Source: Octopus vulgaris | Lineage: Eukaryota | DNA: 64,000 bases | Reading direction: 5' to 3' | Assembly (NCBI GenBank): GCA_951406725.2 | Contig: OX597826.1 | Coordinates: forward strand, 8,122,001 to 8,186,000 | Part shown: in pieces, positions 13,025-25,027 of the stretch | How positions within the stretch are numbered: position 1 is the stretch's first letter | How the letters are laid out: each line of letters starts with the position of its first letter | Made by a program: the position numbers and the translations under genes | Notes under the pieces: generated by a model | Seen by the model: the letters and a program-made list of their open reading frames with translations, nothing else | Databases searched by the model: none | What the model was told of the DNA's origin: nothing

Positions 13025-13399
13025 TCTCTCAATCCATTTATAACGAAACACAGAACTGAAGACTTAAGCAGAAACGACGAAATAACTGAAATCAATTTAT
13101 AAACGTTTAGATCGATATAATAACACGAGACCAATTGTGAGATTTTAACAATTTCAAATTTCAAATGCATCACACGGTATAAATAGCAAAATGCAAATGG
13201 AAAAGTAGGTTTCTCCAGCGACGCGAAATAAGAGTAGAAATAATTTGAAACTCTTCCAAGAAACGTGGAATCCGAAATCTTAGACAAGAAAATTGCAGTA
13301 TGAACTACAATTATTGACGATTCAAACCAATCAAATATCGGCAGTGGATTCTTTGGAAAACTTGTGTAGAGGAACAGAGATATACGTTGGAACTGAAAA

Positions 13400-14700
13400 A
13401 TTAAAAGTAATAAATTTATCGAAGATTGTATTAACAATACAACATATTGATATATTCGCAAAAGAACTATTATTGATGCCAACCCCGGAGATCCAATTAT
13501 AAAGAAATTAAAAACATTTTACAATCTTTTGCATAATAGCCATTCAGTAAAGAATTATTTGATAAAAATAACCATGATAATCGCTTGTTATGAACAAAAG
13601 CAATTATGTTTCATCCAAAGAAATAAATAAACCACTTGAGGATTTTGAAATTTCAATATGATATGTTACATGAATAAAAGAAAAAAATGAAGTGAAACTT
13701 CAGTATTGCTGAATGGAAAAATATAGTTGAATTGAAAGATGATAACGATATGGCAACTAAAGAAACTGGAAAAGGGAATGGAATTATATGGATGGATATT
13801 GAATAAGTGACTAATCTTGTTTTACGGATGCTAGTCATTAAGTATTCTACGAACTGGTTAAAAACTACTACCAGGACTAAGCAACTTATACAAAAAATTA
13901 TCACATAATTACGTAAATAATTTTTTAAAAATATATATCTAGATTTTTCTGGCATAACAAAACTTTGTAACTACAAAGCAGGCGAACCATGCAAAAAATC
14001 CACAAGTGCCAGGTGCGGCAAATACACCCGTTATTCATTTTATGATAAATTATAAGATTTTAGTTTTTAGAAAAGGAAAGTTTACAGGTTGACTGCAATG
14101 TTTATGGAGAATATTTTCCATATAATTTACTATTGAAAATGGGCACTAAGCTTCACTATGGCCCTTAATCTTTTCTTAACGGAATTGCATGATTTATTAT
14201 GTTGAAATAATGGGTAAATGTATATGCCGGACCCTATATATGCATTAATATTCTATCAGCAAACGATTTAACATTAACAGCAATATAATTAAAAGATAAA
14301 AAAAATATTAGCTGACATAGAATGTGAACCCTCCGACTGAGTAGATGTTTTTATAGATAACTTATTGAAATAACTTCTAAAACACATTTAAAGAATCATA
14401 GCAGACTGTCTAGACATGATGTACTGCCTTCAAAAATATATCATTCAGGCAATATTTATTGCATCTTTTCATGTGAATTTGTTTACCAAAATCGTTGACG
14501 ACTATGGAATATGTGCGGTTGGAGAATTATAGAGAAGTATCAGAACGACAGAGACGGAATTGATAATTAAATGAACAAAATTTTCTCTCCAAGCTAAATA
14601 TTACATAATCGAGGCCAACTGTTATTAAACAGCTTTATGGACCCGCAATGGTGATGACAGTAGCCCCGCTCTTCGCAAATTTAAGTAAGGGATATATGTA
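13400..14700 (+). pseudogene. Decayed Penelope-like element reverse transcriptase
   Basis: Motifs in correct order: VINLSKIVLT...AKELLLMPTP (13407-13487), DMATKETGKGNGIIWMD (13747-13797; IKxADKG motif), KQLYGPAMVMTVAPLFANLSKGY (14627-14695; QxxGxAMG...APxxANL); many stops and frameshifts. Confidence 0.78.
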
Positions 14701-15319
14701 AATTACAATGTCATGATACAAATGTATGTCTGGAATCGCTACGAAAGTAGTAAGGCTCTTTCTACCAATAAATAAAGAGAAAATGCTTTTAGAGAAGATT
14801 TCTTTATTCTTTGGATTGGGAGTTTAGAGAAATTAAATGCTCTTAAAATACTAATTAGTGAAATAAATATCTTTGGCTTTCATTCATCTGGGATGGATTA
14901 AATAAAATACCAGTCAAGTACTGAGGTTGATAATATCCACGACAACCATTCCCAAAATCAATATTAGATTATTATATTACTGTATTGTCATTATTCATCT
15001 TTAACATGTTTGATATATGAAGAAAACATACATATAGACATGTGTGTGCATGTATGTAGGTGTCACATACACACACACACACGTATGTATATATATATAT
15101 ATATATATAGCGAGAGAGAAAAAGTGACAGGGGGGAGAGAAGGAGAGAAAGGGATAGAGAAAGAGAGAGGGAGAAAAAATGAGAGAGAGAGCGTGAGAGA
15201 CAGAAAGAAAGAAAGATAGATAGATACAAACATACATACATACATACATACATACGTACATACTTACATATATACATACAAACATACATACATACATACA
15301 TGCATACATACATACATAC

Positions 15320-15360
<41 letters not shown>

Positions 15361-17522
15361 CACAGATGACTGCCACGTTGACGATGATGATGATGACGAC
15401 AACGGTTATGCCATCACCACCGACAACGACAACAACAACGATGCTGCTGTCCATGACGATGATGATGAGGAGGAGGATGACAGCATTAGCAGCAGCAGCA
15501 GCAGCAGCAGCAGTAGCAGTAGTAGCAGTAGTAGTAGAGTGCGAGAAGTATATAAAGAAGATCGCCTCTCTGCAATATTTTAAGTTCATATATCTAGATG
15601 TCACATATACAACGTTCTTAGATTTTTGTTTTTTCAAAGACAACTTCAATTTCGCTTTCATCCAATGATTCATTTCCTCCTTCGCATTCTTTCTTTCCTT
15701 CCTTCTTTCTTTCCTTCTTTCTTTCTTTCTTTTCTTCTCTTTTCTTCTCTTCCATCTTTTCGTTTCCTTTGCTAGTGGAGAAATCTGCTATCTCTTCAGT
15801 CCTACATACCGTTGGTGATCGAAAAGAACTCAGCATGCAACGTTCAACGCTTATTTCATCTCATTTTATTTCATTTCACTTTAAACATTTTACCTCCTCC
15901 TCCTCCCCACCACACAACCACCACAACCACCACCACAACAACCACCACCGCCGCCATCACCACCACCACCACCACCACTCACTGTCATTCCAATCCCATT
16001 GCCATTCTCATCCCATTCCCATACCCACAACCATCCCCTACACTGAACCCCCCTCACCACCACCACTTCCCATCTCAACCCCATTCCCATGCAGTTACTT
16101 ATTCCGTTCCATTCCTTTATAATTGAAATTTATAAAAGGTTACATATACCTGCTGGACACACGAGCGATTTATGACTGATGCTCTCCTACCTCAACAGGA
16201 ACTTCATCATTCAGAAATTCTATGAAAGAAATCATAGAACATACAATTATTTATCTTCCAAAGAATCCAAGTTGATGTCTATACATATTTCCAATGGCTA
16301 ACACACACATATTTCGAAAAGCGGTAATTCGAGAGAAGTAATTTTATTCTTAGAAATTTACTATTTTTATATCAATATATATATTCAGTTTAATAATTAT
16401 ACAGAGATTCAAAAATGTCTGTTATTCCGATTTATTATTCAAATTGTTCCCCGTTCGAAAAAGGGCCGGTTTCTAACCCCAGAAACAAGACTCATTGGAA
16501 TATAGATAACATGAACTGTATGTGTGTGTACGTGTGTGTGTGTGTATGTATGTATGTATGTATGTATGTATGTATGTATGTATGTATGTATGTATGTATG
16601 TATGTATGTATGCAGGCATGCATTTATTTCCTCTATTAAATATGTATGCATGTATGTATAATGTATGTATGTATGTAAGCATGCATGTATGCATGTATAT
16701 ACAATGTATGTATGTATGTAAGCATGCATGCATGTATATACAATCTATGTATATAGAATGTATGTATGTACAATATATGTAAGCATGCATGTATGTATGT
16801 ATGCATGTATGTAAGCATGCATGTATGTACGCATGTGTGTATGTACAATGTATGTATGTATGTAAGCATGTATATATGCATGTATGTATGTATGTATGTA
16901 TGTATGTACGTCTATACACTTTATTGGATTGACTTTCGGATTTCTCACCAATGGAAAAAGAGTTGGTTCCTAACCTGATACGAGGATCCTCGACCGAAAG
17001 TTGAACAAAACAAGAGGCAGTCGTATACGGATGATTGTCTGTGGTGTAGGAAAATATGTACGTATGTAAATATGTATGCATGTAGATATGTATCAAAGTA
17101 TAGTAGGTACGCGTGTATGTAGATATGTATGTAGGTTGGTAAGTAGGAATGTATCAGGTCTGTATGTGTGTGTGTGTATGTTTGTCCGTCTCGATGCATG
17201 TAAGTATGTCTCGAAGTATGTGTGCAGATATATGTATATGCAAACACAGACATGAGTGGAAGGAATGTTTGTCACTGTTTCTGCAAACCCCATCAATTAT
17301 GAACATTACAACTACTACGTAATTCCGAGCTCCAGAAACAGATGTCGGACTTGAAAGACCAAGTATTCCCCTCTTAGTTTTATATATTATTTTGTACTTC
17401 ACGTAAATTAGTTCTGTAAATATATAGATATCTATATGTTTATACACAAGTGTTCATGGTTACGATTTTCGTTTCTCTCTATATATTCTTACATATCTAT
17501 ATGTGTGTATATATGCTGTATG

Positions 17523-17587
<65 letters not shown>

Positions 17588-18334
17588 AACCCAAAGGTGT
17601 TTATCTGCATCACTATCTCCATACCAGCTCACCTGGATTTCTCTTACAGCCACTCATTAGAACGCGGTGTTATACCTTCATAAAGAATACGAGCACTTCA
17701 GCATATCAAATTCCAACACGTTTTTCTACTGTACAAGGGATTTAGGGTCCTTAGATGTGATAGTTCTGTATACCAAATCGATTTCTATTATCTTATAGCC
17801 ATGCTTTAGTTACGCTTTAACGGGGGGACTTAATCTTTGTTAAAGACATCGGAATGTAAGTTCAAATCCTTTGAACACTTTGGTATGTTGAATTCCAACA
17901 CGTGTTTCTACCGTACAAGTGTTTTAGAGTCTTTAAATGTAAAAGCTTTGCTTATGGAATCGATTTATATGAAATCAATTATAATAATATTTTGATCCAA
18001 AGTTAAACTTTCTTACATAACCTTTTTCAAGGTGTTCTCCATACGAATGGATTGAGTAAACCAAACTTTCTAGTATCAAAGATAAATTACTAAGGCATCA
18101 TCTGTGGGAAGCGAAAATGTACAAAGAATAGCGAAGATGGTCATGAGATACTATAACCAGAATGTCAGCTAAATTTAAACTCACATTGACCATGCTGGAC
18201 AGTAAAGAAAGCAGATTACTTTTACGCTGTTTATATTAAATGCAAACTTATGTCAGAAGGAACTAGTATGACTGACTGTTCAAACTAAAATCAATATCTT
18301 TATACAAAGCCAGTGACCTCAGGGGATTACATGG

Positions 18335-18492
18335 ATCCCAGTTATTAACTGGTACTAATTTCATCATCGTGCCCCAAAGATTGAAGGTCGAAGTCGACCT
18401 CGGTGGAATGTGAAGTCAGAACGTAATGACGGTCGAAATGCCGGTAAGCATTTTGTCTGGTGTGCTAACGATAGTGCCAACACGCAACCTTA
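18335..18492 (-). mobile_element. Old diverged SINE family A copy
   Basis: ACTGGTACTAATTT...AAGTCGACCTCGGTGGAATGTGAAGTCAGAACGTAA...GTAAGCATTTTG similar to 700-867. Confidence 0.65.
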
Positions 18493-18941
18493 AGGGATAT
18501 TAATATTGCCGTCTAGGTGCACATATATACATATACACCTATACACATTCCGCCGCCTGGCGAAGCTAGGTTCCTGTAACGAGCCTACGTAAATTTAAGG
18601 TGTAAGGACCGGAACAAACTGTTTTAAATGATAATGTATACAACGTACAGAAAATGTCTTTCTTTTGTCCACTCATCCACACATATATATAAATGTCTGT
18701 GTGCGCGCACATGCACACACACACACACACACACATACACACACAAATATGTGATGTAGTGGGATCCAGTCGATTATGGTAGAACAGTTAGTTAGTTTCA
18801 AGCATAAACAAGCTTGTATCGAAAACAAGAAGAATATGATAATCGATCAAAAAATTTATAAACCCAAGTATCAAATACGCTTTTTGTACACCTTACATTG
18901 CTTTGTATGCGATAATTAAATGAGTGACAGAATGGAATGGA

Positions 18942-19646
18942 AGAAGCAGTTATGCACTTCGTAAGATTCAAAAATGTATGTGATCTGTATTATGTAACAT
19001 TAAAGCCGTTGCATAATTTTCTCATATATTTTATCTTCAGGTATAACAACTTTATCGTGCAAAACCATTTGCTATTGGGAGTCACCGGGAAAAAAACTCA
19101 AAATAGAAGCAGATCATTCACTTGTTCACATCTCGATTTACTTTACCGAGATAGGGATGTGATTTTGGGACGTTTATCTTGCTATTTGCACAGTCGAATT
19201 TATGATGTGGTTAATATACATCTAAGGTGATTAATATAATGATTTTGCTCTTATAATCGGTCAGGTAGACGTCACGCTAGAAGAGTTGAAAAAAAAAACA
19301 GGAAGTAAGGTTTATGCATTAGGGAAGATGTTTATACATTAGAGAAAGTGAATCATAAAAAGATCAATTAAAAAGGAAAGGGTAAAGAGAAAACGAAAAG
19401 TAGCAGATATGATTGCGATTGTATATTACGGGTAGCTATACGCACCCACACACCGGCATGCAAAGAAACGCATTAACGCACTCATACATGCACATATGCA
19501 CTCACAAATACAAACAACACATATGTACATGACTCACAACGACAAATGATTTCGCAAAATGTACGGTAAAATTATGTAGCAGTTTTAATCTTACATAACT
19601 CATATCAAATATATTTTTGAAACATATGCAGTGCATAACCGCTTCT
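18942..19646. repeat. Diverged ~90-bp inverted repeat pair (old MITE-like)
   Basis: 18942-19031 is a diverged reverse complement of 19558-19646 (AGAAGC.GTTATGCAC...TTCAAAAAT...TTATGTAA.ATTAAA...CATAATTTT). Confidence 0.7.
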
Positions 19647-19721
19647 ATTTCTGAATATATGTATGTGTATGTGTGAGTGTGTGTGTATCTATGTACGCAT
19701 AACATACAAGATTTACATATG

Positions 19722-19785
<64 letters not shown>

Positions 19786-19789
19786 CTCT

Positions 19790-20042
19790 TACTCTTACTC
19801 TTTACTCTTTACTTGTTTCAGTCATTTGACTGTGGCTATGCTGGAGCACCGCCTTTAGTCGAGCAAATCGACCCCAGGACTTATTATTTGTAAGCCTAGT
19901 ACTTATTCTATCGGTTTCTTTTGCCGAACCACTAAATTACGAGGACGTAAACACACTAAGATCGGTTGTCAAGCGATGTTGGGGTCCAAACACACACTCA
20001 CAAACATATACACACACATACATACATACATACATACATACA

Positions 20043-20076
<34 letters not shown>

Positions 20077-20079
20077 CAT

Positions 20080-20121
<42 letters not shown>

Positions 20122-20244
20122 TTATACATATATACGATGGTCGGCCCGAGTCTATAGTAGAAGACACTTGCCCAAGGTGCCACGCAGTGGGTCTGAACCC
20201 GGAACCATGTGGTTCGTAAGCAAGGTACTTACCACACAGCCACA
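19790..20244 (-). mobile_element. SINE family B copy
   Basis: Reverse complement of 57378-57775 with internal (ATAC)n/(TA)n and a (TTACTC)-type tail. Confidence 0.85.
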
Positions 20245-20960
20245 ATATCTGTGTGTCAGTGTGTCACACTTTGACGCCCTCTCTCAATATTCAGTGACAC
20301 TTCTGCTCTTGATGTTCTATCAAAAGCAGTAGTGTTGATGGTGACAGTGGGAATATAATATGAGGGACAGAAAGAGTTGGTATATGAGAGAAAGAGGGAA
20401 TGAACACTGAATTCATTTTCGTAGTACCACCACCATCGCCACCACATCTGCCTCCCACACACTATTCAGTCTTCTGATGCCACCACCGTCTATGCATTTG
20501 ACTTCACCGCCTCCACCATCACCACTGTCCTCTTCCCCTCCATCTTCATCACCACCGCCTTTCACATCGTTTCCTCTCGCCGTCATCCCTGACCACCTCG
20601 GCTACTACCACCACCTCCATGCTATTGCTGCCACCCCATTAGCATCTCAAAAAAGCTGAATGGTGTGTGTAAGGCAGAGGTGGTGGTGATGGTGGTGGGT
20701 CTGTTGTTTATCATGCAGCTTTGCAGTAAGTTCCAAGCCGACAAATTATAACATTTATTTGATGAAAATTGTTCATTGCTTGAAAAATATTGTTCAAGTT
20801 TAATGAAATTTGATATGTACTCAATGCATGAAGTGTCATTGTTGGGCCCACGGCTTAATGAAGAGCCCTTCACAGGAGCTAGCTTAAAAGCCGCCGTGTC
20901 TGGCGACTTTTAAGCTACTATATATATATATAGTAATATATATAGTATATATATATATAT

Positions 20961-21106
20961 AACTAAAAATAAGGGTGTCTGAGAGACACCACCATGACGA
21001 AATAGCAGTCAAAACCCTGACTTTAAGAACCACGTAGTTTTTAAAGTCAGGGTTTTGACTGCTATTTCGGCATGGTGGTGTCTCTCAGACGCCCTTATTT
21101 TTAGTT
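20961..21106. repeat. 146-bp palindrome (~70-bp arms) adjoining (TA)n
   Basis: AACTAAAAATAAGGG...CTTTAAGAAC / GTTTTTAAAG...CCCTTATTTTTAGTT with 3 arm mismatches and a CACGTA centre; a smaller hairpin lies at 20880-20917. Confidence 0.92.
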
Positions 21107-21263
21107 GTAAAAAATTATCACCTTTGTACGGTATTTTTCCCATGCTGGCCACTTGATAATATCGATATTATCCTTATTTATAAAAGTATATATATATATG
21201 TATATATATATATATACTACCTAGTATATATACATATATATATATACACACACACATATATAT

Positions 21264-21304
<41 letters not shown>

Positions 21305-21621
21305 TTGATACATGCATATATGTGCGTTTGTTTGTGTATGTGTGGGTTTGTGCCTTGGGTATGTGCTGTGGTTTGCTGTGATGCTCTTATGGTTACTCTA
21401 TTGAAAGTGTTTTGCGTACAATGTGTGCAATGCCCAATAGTGCAATTTTTTGTATGCTATATATATTTGTAAGTCGTGTGAAACGGCCGTAGTCTTATGA
21501 ATTACAAGTCGTTAAATGAATATACTTACCTCTCGTACCTCTTGACATTTTATGGCTTATGTATATAATGAGAATGATGACATAGGCTAAATGTGGTGTA
21601 GAAAGTATAACAACAAATATA

Positions 21622-22008
21622 TAGGAATGGCTGTATGGTAAGTAGTTTGCTTACGAACCACATGGATCAATATTCAGTGGAACCTTGGCCAAGTGTCTTC
21701 TACTATAGCCTTGTGAGTGGATTTGGTAGACGGAAACTGAAAGAAGCCCGTCGTATATATGTATATATGTATGTATGTGCGTATGTGTGTGTATGTATTT
21801 GCGTGTCTGCGTTTGTCCCCCAACATCGCTTGACAACAGATGCTGGTGTGTTTACATCGCCGTAATTTAGCGGTTCGGCAAAAGAGACCGATAGAATAGG
21901 TACTAGGCTTACAAAGAATAAGTCCTGGGGGTCTATTTGCACGACTAAAGGTGGTGCTCCAGCATGGCCGCAGTCAAATGACTGAAACAAGTAAATAAAA
22001 AAAGAGTA
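21622..22008 (+). mobile_element. SINE family B copy
   Basis: Head, internal microsatellite, tail GCTCCAGCATGGCCGCAGTCAAATGACTGAAACAAGTAA. Confidence 0.85.
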
Positions 22009-22068
22009 CATATTTCACTGCACGAGGGTTATTGTTCTGGCAAATATATACATCTAAATATATACACT

Positions 22069-22484
22069 GGCGGCGAGCTGGCAGAAACGTTAGCACGCCG
22101 GGTGAAATGCGTAGCCGTATTTCGTCTGCCGTTACGTTCTGAGTTCAAATTCCGCCGAGGTCGACTTTGCCTTTCATCCTTTCGGGGTCGATAAATTAAG
22201 TACCACTTACGCACTGGGGTCGATATAATCGACTTAATCCGTTTTTCTGTCCTTGTTTGTCCTCTCTGTGTTTAGCCCCTTGTGGGTTGTAAAGAGATAG
22301 GTATTTCGTCTACCGCTACGTTCTGAGTTCAAATTCCGCCGAAGTCGACTTTGCCTTTCACTCCTTTCGGGGTCGATTAAATAAGTACCAGTTACGTACT
22401 AGGGTTGATGTAATCGATTTAATCTCTTTGTCTGTCCTTGTTTGTCCTCTCTGTGTTTAGCCTCCTGTGGGCAATAAAGAAATA
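22069..22484 (+). mobile_element. SINE family A dimer
   Basis: Full unit followed by a second unit starting GGTATTTCGTC (22301); flanking duplication AATATATACATCTAAAT. Confidence 0.9.
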
Positions 22485-23182
22485 AATATATACATCTAAA
22501 TTTATTCATACATTTCATGCTCATCAATCACAAACAGGACAATAGAAGATTAGTTGCCGCATGCTCATTGCTGGTAACATAAAATAGAGACAGAGCATAT
22601 TATGTCCAGCAGAAATATCCTGTAACTTGAATGCCTCTTCTTAGTACGTAAATATTACTTCGTTCGGCGGTTAAACGTCATTTTGATTTTGATTCTACGG
22701 ACCAAAAACAGACACCATTGTAGACAGTAAGACAAAGACGTAAAGAGTAAAATAGATTAATAACCTAGTGACAATGCAGCATCAATTGAGAGATACAACG
22801 GATAAGTTTGACTACCAAAAAGACATAACATCCCAAATTAAGATTAGAAGGTTTCAAGTAGAAATACCGAACTGCTCGCAAAATGCCGACGGGAGAAACA
22901 TCCAAGTACAGACAGCAGATGGACTAATTGACCGATTCTATACAAAACACTCATTAACAAAAAAGTCACACATTTGAAAAAGACGGAAAAAAAGCTCTCT
23001 TGTAATCTCTTAGAAAACACCTCAAATACCATCAAAATAACGTTTATTTTCATCAATAATAATTTTAACATTATTTTCGTTTCCTATTCTTATATTAATT
23101 TATATGTGTGTATGTATGTATTTATCTATCTAACTATCTATCTATCGATCCATCTATCACTCACTCCTACTCTCTCTCTCTC

Positions 23183-23486
<304 letters not shown>

Positions 23487-23703
23487 TATTTATATATATA
23501 TACACACACGCACATACAAACACATACACGCACAGATATACATCCATACATACAAACACGTATATATATGAATATATTTCTATATAAATATTTACCTTTT
23601 ATTCTATTCTTGGTTATTAAATTTTCTTTTCATCTATTTTTGTACTGCATGCATCATATATATATATACACACACACATATATATATATACATATACATA
23701 TGC

Positions 23704-23755
<52 letters not shown>

Positions 23756-23843
23756 CTTTCAGTATATAATATAGTCGAACGAAGACTGTATATTAGTCTT
23801 TCAGAATTTGTCATATTTATTATTTATGAATATGTGTTATTCT

Positions 23844-23883
<40 letters not shown>

Positions 23884-24371
23884 GAGACAGAGAAAGAGAA
23901 ATGGAAAGAAAGAGAGAGAAAGAAGGAGATGTGCGTGTTTATGGTTTGTGTGTTTCTATTGTGTATAATCAATTACTATTTCCATTTTTATTTTTATTTA
24001 GTCATATTTCAATCCGAAATTTTATCTTTATTTTAATATCTGATTTATCATTTTCTGTTTATATAATATTTTGACTGGACACCTTTTTCGGAAGAATCAT
24101 CGGAGGGCCCCTAAGTAGATGACATATAATGAATTTGTTAGTGAGCATTATCCCTTGTAGAAATCAAGATCGCGATTTGAGTATTCTTTATAGTACTCGT
24201 TCAAGAATGTGAACTATGGGTGGTCAATTAGGAAAGCAATGCATGTCATTGGCGTCAGTGGATGGAACAAGGAGAGGAAGGAGTGAGTGTTTTGTAACAA
24301 AATACACGCACATTTCATACACAATTTAAACGACTCGCTCGAAAACGCGCCGCCATTATAGTGACTAGGGA

Positions 24372-24728
<357 letters not shown>

Positions 24729-25027
24729 ACTTTCTTTTATTAGCCACACAGGGCTGAATACAGAGGGGACAAATACAAATGCAGAGCTTTTCTTTTCGAG
24801 GGTGGAAAAAAATAAAAATGTAAGATTGCGATCAAAAGGGATCTAGAGGAGGAAAAAAAGGAAAAAAGAAAATCGTGTATCACAGAAATAATGGTGTAAA
24901 CATTGATATAACAAGATTGGGTTCATCCGTGGGAAGAAAAGCCTACAGAAAAGACCACGGGAACCCCAGTCAGGGAGGAAATAAACACATGAGGTCAAAA
25001 ATGCTCTCTTTCTTTCTTTTTTACGAT

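Noticed and set aside
16970-17002. CTGATACGAGGATCCTCGACCGAAAG hammerhead look-alike
   Set aside because: Core spacing is wrong and stems I and III cannot be formed.
17710-17945. Diverged ~55-bp direct repeat about 180 bp apart
   Set aside because: Simple old local duplication with no further structure.
22069-22160. tRNA-like sequences with A and B boxes (also 57378, 62385, 45236)
   Set aside because: SINE heads continuing into SINE bodies with TSDs; no complete cloverleaf.
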